DNA of 64,000 nt from Alphaproteobacteria bacterium. Its GTDB lineage: Bacteria; Planctomycetota; Phycisphaerae; UBA1845. The notes below the pieces were generated by a model that worked only from the letters and a program-made list of their open reading frames with translations, did not search any database and was not told the origin of the DNA. Below, piece by piece: positions 46,845-54,794 of the stretch (the first letter of the stretch is position 1; every line of letters begins with the position of its first letter). The DNA lies in the NCBI GenBank assembly GCA_028285105.1, contig JANQQE010000011.1, positions 383,856 through 447,855 of the forward strand, written 5' to 3'. The translations under genes were made by a program, and so were the position numbers.

Positions 46845-46850
46845 TTAATT

Positions 46851-46875
46851 GTAGGGTCCGCTATGCGGACCCTAC
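46851..46875. repeat. REP-like perfect palindrome GTAGGGTCCGC-TAT-GCGGACCCTAC (copy 1 of 2)
   Basis: 11-bp perfect inverted repeat with a 3-nt loop, located between the HslV-like gene stop and the membrane protein start. A near-identical core recurs at 61823..61843. Confidence 0.5.
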
Positions 46876-46896
46876 CATTCGCGGCAATCATCTGCG

Positions 46897-47475
46897 CTAG
46901 CGTACCCGAATCACAACGACGTCAGTTGTTCCACCGCACGTCTGTTCGAAATGAACGGCTGCTTCGACCGCAGCTTTTGCGATCTGTTCGGCCGTTCGCT
47001 TGCTCTTGTAGAGCGCGTGCATCGCCCCATAGGCATATTTTTCACCGGAACCAATCGCCGCATACTGCGTAAACTCCATCACGCTGAGATCGCGCGATAC
47101 CGAGAAGATACCCTTGGGACTGCCGATCATGAATTCGGCATCGATGTCGGCGAAGGGCGAACGATCGTCGCGGTCCGGCTGATCGTTGACGACCTGGTAC
47201 TTCTTGCGAATCGCCTTCCAGAATTTCAAGAAGAACTCGAACACCCGCTGCTCAGAATTCAAAGATGGCGCGCGGCTAAACGTGCCCAGATAGTGGTCAA
47301 GGATGTTGTCATAAACCGACCAACCCACGCCGCCCATGCAGCACGCACCCACTTTGCGCAACTTGGTCGATGCAACAAGATTCTCCTCATGCTCCCGCCG
47401 CGATCCGGAAGAATGCATCCGGTCGGCAGCCAAAGCTATTTGATCGCCCTTGCGGACGGCAACAATGATCGACAT
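46897..47475 (-). CDS. Orphan HslV-like Ntn-hydrolase (T1 peptidase family) with Ser at the position of the nucleophilic Thr
   Basis: Start ATG 47475 (MSIIVAVRKGDQIALAADRM) parallels HslV TTIVSVRRNGHVVIAGDGQ. C-terminal AAIGSGEKYAYGAMHAL parallels HslV AIGSGGPYAQAAARAL. About 192 aa. No hslU is present in the window. Confidence 0.65.
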   Translation of the reverse strand: MSIIVAVRKGDQIALAADRMHSSGSRREHEENLVASTKLRKVGACCMGGVGWSVYDNILDHYLGTFSRAPSLNSEQRVFEFFLKFWKAIRKKYQVVNDQPDRDDRSPFADIDAEFMIGSPKGIFSVSRDLSVMEFTQYAAIGSGEKYAYGAMHALYKSKRTAEQIAKAAVEAAVHFEQTCGGTTDVVVIRVR

Positions 47476-47703
47476 CAAAGATACTCCATCTAGAGATACC
47501 ACAATCAAGTCGAGAAGGATGATCGAATGATGCCGTACGGTCAATGGGCCCAGACGCATGCATACATGCGGTCAATTAAGTCCCGAGGCTTATCGCCAAG
47601 TCGACACTTGCCTCCGGCTTATATGCGCCGGTAGAATTCATGGCATGGACGGGCTCGGTCAGAATGCCATCATGGCATTCGCCTGCAACAGGAGACATCC
47701 AAC

Positions 47704-48411
47704 ATGCACACCAATACCACTTGGTATCACCGCGCCGTGGGAACGCTGATGGTGGCGGGAATTCTGTCCATTACCATGGGTGCCGCCGAGGAGGACCAAT
47801 CCAAAGCAAACAAACGCGATTTTAATGCCGCACCCAAAGTTGGCGAGGACGCGCCAAACTTCAGACTCAAGCGCCACGACGACGAGTCCAAGGCAGTCGA
47901 ACTCGCGTCATTCAAGGGAAAGAAACCGGTTGTGCTGATTTTTGGAAGTTATACGTGACCGCCCTTTCGGCGTCAGGTTGGCGCCCTCAACAAACTGTAC
48001 AAAGACTACGGTGACGCAGCCGAGTTTTTTGTCGTCTACATTCGCGAAGCCCACGCGGCAGACAGCGATTGGCCGATGCCCGTCCCCGATCGAACAATCA
48101 ACACCCCAAAATCGATCAAGGATCGTCGTGAAGTTGCCAAAACATGTGTGAAGGATCTGGGCATCAAGATTCCCTGTCTCATAGACGACATCAAAAACAC
48201 AACCGACGGAAAATACAAAGGCTGGCCCGACCGCCTCTTCGTGGTAGACAAAGAAGGAAAGATCGCCGTAGCCGGCAAACCTGGTCCGTGGGGATTCAAA
48301 CCGGATGAAGTGCGAGCCTGGTTGGCCAATGAATTCTCTAACGCAAAGTCTGTTGATTCAATGACAAGAGATAATCCGGTCGAGAGCACGACGGGAAATC
48401 AGGATCGTTAG
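47704..48411 (+). CDS. Candidate selenoprotein: iodothyronine deiodinase-like thioredoxin-fold protein with an in-frame TGA (Sec) at 47956..47958
   Basis: The two ORF-track ORFs 47704..47958 and 48076..48411 are in the same frame. The 117 nt between them contains no stop. TGA falls exactly in the deiodinase active-site motif IFGSYT-U-PPFRR (compare the vertebrate DIO motif FGSCT-U-PPF). The downstream FFVVYIREAHAADSDWPMP matches the DIO YIxEAHxxDGW motif. The N-terminus has a hydrophobic anchor. Confidence 0.6.
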
Positions 48412-48454
48412 GTGAGGGTAGCCGGCGCAACGTCAATGTGGAGGCAGTGCAACG

Positions 48455-49204
48455 ATGCAACCGGGGTTCGATGGCGGAGACAATCTGGATCTTGAATTCG
48501 TTCTTGAAAGGGCGTTTGGAGTAAAGCTCGGTGGCCTGCTTGACATCGAACAAAACTCGGTCGATGGCGTCTATGAGTTCATAGGTCATCGAATTGAGTT
48601 GAAGGATCCAAAAAACCTTGACTTCATGTCTTGCCCGACATCTCGGGCGTATTTGTATTTCAAAGAAATCCTTCTTCAGTGCAATCCGAGTTTCGATTCG
48701 CAACTGGCGCCGAGTACCGACCTGGAAAAATTGATTCCCGAAGACGTTCGCCCAGTTGTCTGGCGGGAACTATCAAACAAAGGACTTCGACTCCCCGACT
48801 TGGGTATACCGGCTTGGTGCAGCTCGTTGGCATTCCTGATTGCATTAATGACTGCGGGCGCATTCGTAGCTTATGTGGTCACAACGGCGCTCTATTTGGC
48901 ATGCGTAATGTTTATCGGTGTGCCTATGGCGATCACCACTGGTCTAACCTTTGCCCCTCGTATTTTCTGGAAATGGGGACGCAAGATTCCGCGTCCGCTC
49001 AATACAGCCAGAGGAATGGCAACTTTTCTGGCCTATCGAAACTGCGAACCGGAATGGATTCCGCGAATGACAAGGCGTCAAGTCAAGGACGTAATTAGAC
49101 TGGTTGCAGCGCTCGAATACGATGTCCCTCTTGAAGACATCGACGATTTCAGGCTCCCATTTCCGCGCAGCGAGAAATACATTCCCGAACCCAGGAAATG
49201 TTGA
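48455..49204 (+). CDS. Hypothetical membrane protein in a visibly more AT-rich segment
   Basis: 249 aa with central hydrophobic helices (LAFLIALMTAGAFVAYVVTTALYLACVMFIGVPMAITTGL). No recognised domain. Composition differs from the flanking genes. Confidence 0.45.
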   Translation: MQPGFDGGDNLDLEFVLERAFGVKLGGLLDIEQNSVDGVYEFIGHRIELKDPKNLDFMSCPTSRAYLYFKEILLQCNPSFDSQLAPSTDLEKLIPEDVRPVVWRELSNKGLRLPDLGIPAWCSSLAFLIALMTAGAFVAYVVTTALYLACVMFIGVPMAITTGLTFAPRIFWKWGRKIPRPLNTARGMATFLAYRNCEPEWIPRMTRRQVKDVIRLVAALEYDVPLEDIDDFRLPFPRSEKYIPEPRKC

Positions 49205-49309
49205 TTGCTATCGCTGCTTGATCACAGATCGTCCTCCCGAAACGTATCCGCTTGATTCAAGTCTTGTACGTCGAGTCATCGACCCGACAGATTTGTTGAA
49301 TACACGTCA

Positions 49310-50509
49310 CTACCGCGACGCCAGATATGCAAAGCCGCCCGCTGCGGCTAATCCGGTTAGAATTGCGAATGTGATCTTCACCCAACTGTAGGGCCGGTCG
49401 CCTTGCACTTCCGCCGTTGTGGCGTTGACGACTACTTGGTAGACCTTGTCGGCGTAGCGGTAGCCCAACATCCATATCGGTAGGAGCAGATGTTTGTAGG
49501 TGATGGCGTTGTACTGCGTGTCGATGTTGTGGATGCGTTGGGTGTCACCGCCAATGTGAGAGCGGACGTCGGCCTCGATGGCCTTTTCGAAACGCAGTTT
49601 GGCTGTGGCGAACCCTTCGTCGAGTTCTACGTCGTACGTACGGGCCAGGAAACCGGCGAGCATTTCCTGATTGAACGGGCGACAATCCCTAAGCGGCCAG
49701 GGTTGTAAGGCGTCGAGGCGTTTGACCGGTACGCCCGATGCTGCCACGATCAATTCATCGTCGAAGAAGCGCTGAAACGTGCCCGATGCCGGCGACCAGC
49801 GTGTCTTTCGCACGCGTCGCTTATTCTTACCGGAACCGGTCGTCACGTAATAATAATCGCCGCGCTGCCCGTCGTAGTGCGTGGTGGTCAGTGTGTCGAA
49901 GGTCCAATATGGCGTGTACAGCCCCGAGAATTTCCCTTCGATACCTTCCTTCTTGAATCGGTTCGGGGCGAACCACCGCGACTTGATCCAGCCGGCCAGC
50001 GCTTCATGGGCTTTTATTCGATCGACGCGAAAAGCCATCACGCCATCGACCGGTACACGATTGTCGGCATCGTGAACATCTTCCAACTGAAGGGCCACGC
50101 CGCAATAGGCACACGCGCTACTCGTCAGCGTTCCCTGAAACTGCACCTTTGCACCGCAGGTCGAACATGGCACTTCGCTCAGTCCGCTGGTCTGATCAGA
50201 CTTGTCATTCCTCCACGTCGCGATCTGTTCGAGGGTCGCAGCGTAGTTCTGTTCATCGACGGATAACTCAGGATTGAATTCGAGTTCTTTGACGAATCCG
50301 CAGTACGAGCACTTTAGGCTTTGGACGCCGATGCTGAATTGCAAATCGGCCCCGCAACCTTCGCACGGGAACATGTGCCCGGAGCCATCTGTCGAGAATT
50401 GCGCGGAGGCATCATTCGGACCAGAACTCTGCGCATACGGCTCATCCCCGTCCGGATTGCTCTCATGGCGCGATGACTCGTCTGACATGCTTTGTTTGGT
50501 TTCGCTCAT
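49310..50509 (-). CDS. Zinc-ribbon protein (two CxxC...CxxC ribbons) with a C-terminal TM anchor
   Basis: FPCEGCGADLQF...KCSYCGF and VPCSTCGAKVQF...CAYCGV ribbons. C-terminal TM WVKITFAILTGLAAAGGFAYL. Co-directional with the two upstream genes, separated by a 19-nt gap. Confidence 0.55.
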   Translation of the reverse strand: MSETKQSMSDESSRHESNPDGDEPYAQSSGPNDASAQFSTDGSGHMFPCEGCGADLQFSIGVQSLKCSYCGFVKELEFNPELSVDEQNYAATLEQIATWRNDKSDQTSGLSEVPCSTCGAKVQFQGTLTSSACAYCGVALQLEDVHDADNRVPVDGVMAFRVDRIKAHEALAGWIKSRWFAPNRFKKEGIEGKFSGLYTPYWTFDTLTTTHYDGQRGDYYYVTTGSGKNKRRVRKTRWSPASGTFQRFFDDELIVAASGVPVKRLDALQPWPLRDCRPFNQEMLAGFLARTYDVELDEGFATAKLRFEKAIEADVRSHIGGDTQRIHNIDTQYNAITYKHLLLPIWMLGYRYADKVYQVVVNATTAEVQGDRPYSWVKITFAILTGLAAAGGFAYLASR

Positions 50510-50527
50510 GCAGGTTGCCGTTGACGG

Positions 50528-51199
50528 TTAGAACAAAATGTCGGCGATTGAACGGACGGCTCGAAATAAGTCCGATGCATCGATGATGGTCTCGGTGCGA
50601 TACTCGCGCGTGAAGATTGGGCGATCGTCGATCGGGCCAGTAAGCTTGGGCTTGCTCTGTTCGGCTTCGCGGGCCTTTCGCTTCTGCTCGTGAATCTGCC
50701 CGCCGGCTTTCGTCCACTTCAAGAGCGTATGCAACTCGCGCCCGTCGAGCCATACGCCGTGGTCACGACACTGGTCGACTATTACGCCCGACCGCGACCC
50801 ATAAGCCTTGCGATTCATGAACTTCTTGCAGTCGGGGCACTTGATATACTTGACGTCCTTGAGAGTCTCGATGCCCTCCTCCTCAACCAGCGTTGCCAAT
50901 CGTGGATAATCGACTTCGTACACTTTCGAGACCGATTCATCCAAAACCGATTCAAGTTCGCCAGGGTCGAAGAAAATGCCATGACACTTCAAGCATCGAT
51001 CCACACCAAATCCACCGTCAACTTCGAGTTGAACAATTTGCAACACTTCCTCGCAGCGTGGGCAGTCGCGCGAACCGGTCTCTCGGTTCCCATCGACGCG
51101 GCGGGCAACGTTTCGCAAATCGACGTCGTTGAGCGTCTTGCAGAATGTGCATCGGATGGACTTGGGTGGTAATGGCGCGCCGCAATTTGTGCAGTTCAT
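50528..51199 (-). CDS. Tandem TFIIB-type zinc-ribbon (zf-TFIIB-like) protein
   Basis: Two copies of the pattern DCPxC...C.CHG.W.D.GEL (DCPRCEEVL...CLKCHGIFFDPGELESVL and KCPDCKKFM...QCRDHGVWLDGRELHTLL), plus an N-terminal CxxC...CxxC. Confidence 0.6.
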   Translation of the reverse strand: MNCTNCGAPLPPKSIRCTFCKTLNDVDLRNVARRVDGNRETGSRDCPRCEEVLQIVQLEVDGGFGVDRCLKCHGIFFDPGELESVLDESVSKVYEVDYPRLATLVEEEGIETLKDVKYIKCPDCKKFMNRKAYGSRSGVIVDQCRDHGVWLDGRELHTLLKWTKAGGQIHEQKRKAREAEQSKPKLTGPIDDRPIFTREYRTETIIDASDLFRAVRSIADILF

Positions 51200-51256
51200 G
51201 ACTGGACCTGTATCAAAATGCGTTCGGTCGTATCCAGCAACCTATCCAAATGAACG

Positions 51257-52381
51257 TTACTTCGCTGGTGGCGGCGGCGGAGGTGCGGCGTTAAAGAAGG
51301 ACGCGAGTTGAGGAACCTGACCCGCCGCCATCCACGAACCCATCCCAGCGCTCCACACCATCGTATCGGGCGCGATCTTTCCCTGCGCGATCATCGCCGG
51401 AATCTGCGCCATCGCACATTGGCCCTGAACCGCACCATTTGCCGCGATGTGCCAAATTCCACCTGGCGGTGGCGGAGGCATCCCGCCCGGCATCTGTCCA
51501 CCTGGCGCTTGGCCACCGGCCATGTTCGAACCGTCCATCATTCTGCCGGCCATCGCAAATCCCATGCCGAGGCCCATGCCTTCAGCCGCCCCGCCGCCTG
51601 CGGGATTCTCAGCCGCGGCAGTCATTGCCTGACCCATCTGATATTGCTGGAAGCGTCCCATGTCGCCGATGACGCCCATGCTGGTGCGCGTGTCGAGCGC
51701 TTTTTCGACGGCTTCGGGCAGGGAAATGTTGACGATGTATAGCTGCGGAATGTCGAAACCGAATTCATCGTCGATGCGTTCGACGGCACTCTTGCGAAGC
51801 AGTTCCGAGAATTCCTGATACTTCGATGCGAGATCGAGCGCTGCGATTTTAGACTCGCCGATGACGTCGGCGAAAGCGGTGTTGATCACCGATCGAATGA
51901 ATTCATGAATCTCATCGGTGTCGAAGCTGGCGTCGGTTCCGACGAGTTCCTTCAAGAGCGCCCGAGGGTCTGCGGCTTTGAGCGCGTAGGTTCCAAACGC
52001 CCGCAAGCGGATCGGCCCGAACTCCGGATCGCGCAACATAATCGGATTCGGCGTACCCCATTTCAAATCGGTGACCTGCCGCGTGTTGACGAAATACACC
52101 TCAGACTTAAACGGACTGTCGAACCCGTGCTTCCAACCTTGCAGCGTGCTGAGGATCGGCAGGTTGTCGGTCCGCAGTTCATAATGACCCGGTTCAAACA
52201 CGTCAGCCAACTCGCCACGATGGACGAAGACAGCCACCTGCCCCGGGCGAACAATGAGTTGTGCGCCATTCTTAATCTGGTTGTGGTAACGGGGGAATCG
52301 CCACACGAGTGTGTCGCGCGTGTGGTCCAGCCACTCAACAATATCAACCAATTCACCGCGAAGTTTGTCCAAAAACCCCAT
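51257..52381 (-). CDS. SPFH/band 7 (Band_7_1-type) protein with a Gly/Met/Pro-rich linker and a C-terminal GYF-like/DUF4339-like domain
   Basis: Start ATG at 52381 by codon arithmetic (MGFLDKLRGE..., GGAG 8 nt upstream). SPFH-like core. Low-complexity GMGLGMGFAMAGRMMDGSNMAGGQAPGGQMPGGMPPPPPGG. C-terminal WHIAANGAVQGQCAMAQIPAMIAQGKIAPDTMVWSAGMGSWMAAGQVPQL. The ORF-track start at 52600 is a GTG extension. Confidence 0.7.
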   Translation of the reverse strand: MGFLDKLRGELVDIVEWLDHTRDTLVWRFPRYHNQIKNGAQLIVRPGQVAVFVHRGELADVFEPGHYELRTDNLPILSTLQGWKHGFDSPFKSEVYFVNTRQVTDLKWGTPNPIMLRDPEFGPIRLRAFGTYALKAADPRALLKELVGTDASFDTDEIHEFIRSVINTAFADVIGESKIAALDLASKYQEFSELLRKSAVERIDDEFGFDIPQLYIVNISLPEAVEKALDTRTSMGVIGDMGRFQQYQMGQAMTAAAENPAGGGAAEGMGLGMGFAMAGRMMDGSNMAGGQAPGGQMPGGMPPPPPGGIWHIAANGAVQGQCAMAQIPAMIAQGKIAPDTMVWSAGMGSWMAAGQVPQLASFFNAAPPPPPPAK

Positions 52382-52532
52382 GCCGATTCTCCTATGCCAC
52401 ACCCGAATTCGGCCCGCATCCCGAGCGAAACTGCGTGTTGGCCAATGCCTGTGTGAGTCAAGCCTACCGGTGCCGTTTGGAGGGGTCAAGGCGGGCGCAA
52501 AATCGGATGGATTCTGACGCGATTCGACAGAA

Positions 52533-54125
52533 TCAGTTGGCAAATTGGTAGCGGGTGTCGCTGGGATCCTGGCCCGATGCGACTTTGACACCGCGATCAC
52601 CGTTGTGGGCCAAGCGATTGAGTATCTTGTAAATCCATTCGACGCGCTCGGGTTTTTGAATGCACTCTGCCAACTCGGCGGCTGACATTGCCTGGTCGGG
52701 ATGGTCGCGCAGGTATGTCAGCACTTTGCTCTGCACGTCCAGCACTTCCGTCGCGGCGCGCTTGCCAGCCTCGACGCCGGGTTGGTGGTAGGCGTTGATG
52801 CGGACCAGAAATGCGTACAGACCTACAGCGCGTTCATAAAGCGCAATCAGTGCCCCGATGCGATGGGCATTGACCTTATCGATCTGAATGGTGATCGATT
52901 CGCGATCTTTCTCTGTGAGGGCTTCGCGGGTTCCCAGCAGGAATCCGGCAAGGTAGTCGCCTGTCTTGATCGATTCGTCCGCGTCGATCGATTCGCCTTC
53001 GCGATCGCTCAACACATCAACGAATGTTACGTAAAAGTTGTTCATACCCTCACGCAGTTGCTGCACATACGCATGCTGGTCGGTGGAACCCTTGTTGCCG
53101 TAAACGCTGATCCCCTCTTCGACGACATTACCGTCGAGGTCGAATTCCTTACCCAGCGATTCCATGATGAGTTGTTGCAGGTATCGCGACATCAGCGAGA
53201 GACGATCCTTGTAAGGGATGACCACCATGTCGCGCAATCCGCGTGATTTGGCCGCATCGTACCACATCGCTGCCAACAAGGCGGCTGGGTTGGATCGCAG
53301 GTCATGCTGGCGAGTGCATTCGTCCATTGCCTTCGCGCCGGAAAGCAATTCGTCGATGTCGATTCCGCACAATGCGGCTGGCAGCAATCCGACTGCCGAC
53401 ATCTGCGACGTTCGCCCGCCGACCCAGTCCCACATCGGAAAGCGCTTGAGCCAACCGCGGGACTTGCTCAACTCGTCGAGGGCACTGCCTTCACCGGTGA
53501 TCGCGACGGCGCACTTGGCAAAGTCCAAACCGCGCACTTTGAACGCATGGGCCACTTCGAGCATGCCGTTACGCGTTTCTTTCGTTCCGCCGCTCTTTGA
53601 GACAACAAGGGACAAGGTCTCATTCAACCGATCGCCCAACTGCGCGACGATCCGGTCGATGCCGTCAGGGTCGGTGTTGTCGATGTAGTGAATCTGCATC
53701 GGATCGTCGGGATTACCCAGGGCGTCAGCCACGAATTGCGGGCCGAGCGCCGAACCGCCAATACCGATTTGCAAGACTTGCGTGAAGCGTCCACCGGATG
53801 GTGTAGCGATCGCCCCGCCATGCACTTCAGCCGCAAATCTCTTAATGTCACTGACAGTCGATTCAATCGCATGTGAGAGGTCGGCACTGGGTGCTCGACT
53901 TGCATCGCGCAGCCAATAGTGGCCTACCATTCGATTCTCATCGGGGTTGGCGATTGCGCCGGATTCCAATGCGTCCATCGCACCGAAAGCCACTTCCATT
54001 GGTTGGGTCAAGTCATCGAGAAACGACGGTGCAAATTTCATGCGCGACACGTCGAGACGCAGACCCGTTGCCTCGCAGTTGCAAAGGTACTCGCAATACC
54101 GCTTCCAAAGATCAATTGCTTCCAT
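52533..54125 (-). CDS. pgi: Glucose-6-phosphate isomerase
   Basis: Start ATG 54125 ([10 protein letters not shown]...). Conserved PGI regions [30 protein letters not shown] and [11 protein letters not shown]. About 530 aa. Confidence 0.9.
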   Translation of the reverse strand: MEAIDLWKRYCEYLCNCEATGLRLDVSRMKFAPSFLDDLTQPMEVAFGAMDALESGAIANPDENRMVGHYWLRDASRAPSADLSHAIESTVSDIKRFAAEVHGGAIATPSGGRFTQVLQIGIGGSALGPQFVADALGNPDDPMQIHYIDNTDPDGIDRIVAQLGDRLNETLSLVVSKSGGTKETRNGMLEVAHAFKVRGLDFAKCAVAITGEGSALDELSKSRGWLKRFPMWDWVGGRTSQMSAVGLLPAALCGIDIDELLSGAKAMDECTRQHDLRSNPAALLAAMWYDAAKSRGLRDMVVIPYKDRLSLMSRYLQQLIMESLGKEFDLDGNVVEEGISVYGNKGSTDQHAYVQQLREGMNNFYVTFVDVLSDREGESIDADESIKTGDYLAGFLLGTREALTEKDRESITIQIDKVNAHRIGALIALYERAVGLYAFLVRINAYHQPGVEAGKRAATEVLDVQSKVLTYLRDHPDQAMSAAELAECIQKPERVEWIYKILNRLAHNGDRGVKVASGQDPSDTRYQFAN

Positions 54126-54127
54126 GC

Positions 54128-54706
54128 CTACTTGCCTTTTTTGCTGCGAACTTTGCGGGTTGGTTTCGGAGTCGATTCGGCGATGGGACGAACGGCTTTT
54201 AAGACTTCCCAATCGGTGTAGACGTTTTGCCGTATGAACGCGAGACAGCACTCGCGTACGTCGCCCTCCTTCAAATTCGACGCCCGCAGCACGCGCTTGG
54301 AGACGCTTAAATCATCCGGGCATTCTGCTGGCGGAATGCGTACCATCTCATCTTCGAGGCGACTGAAAAACTCAATTTCGCCCAACTGCTTCCAGATTTT
54401 GGGTATCGCCGCATCGATATCTTCGCTGCGTGGCTGTTTGAGGTATTCGTCGATCGATTCGCCCGGGGTCAATTCCAGCCACACCGCTCCCTGGCAGTGC
54501 TTCTCGAAATAATCGCCGGGAATCATTCGGGCGACTTTGCGAAACCGCTCTTCCAGCAGCAAGTCATCGAAGCCCTTCCACCGAAACGTAAAGCACAGGC
54601 GATCCCACCGCGGGTTGACACCGACTTCAAGTTCAATGCCGTCGCAAAGTTTGCCGACATAGCCGAGCAAATCTTTTTGTAACTGTCCGTGGGTTTTCTT
54701 CGACAT
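54128..54706 (-). CDS. Hypothetical protein, translationally coupled to pgi
   Basis: ATG 54706 with AAGGGAG upstream. 192 aa. Its stop overlaps the pgi start (ATGA). The longer ORF-track N-terminus is probably spurious. Confidence 0.45.
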   Translation of the reverse strand: MSKKTHGQLQKDLLGYVGKLCDGIELEVGVNPRWDRLCFTFRWKGFDDLLLEERFRKVARMIPGDYFEKHCQGAVWLELTPGESIDEYLKQPRSEDIDAAIPKIWKQLGEIEFFSRLEDEMVRIPPAECPDDLSVSKRVLRASNLKEGDVRECCLAFIRQNVYTDWEVLKAVRPIAESTPKPTRKVRSKKGK

Positions 54707-54794
54707 GGTACGCTCAACTCCCTTGGGCGTCTTCAAGTCGTTTGATGTGTTGAAAGAAGCCAGCCGATCCATTCGGGGCCATACGCGATGTCGA

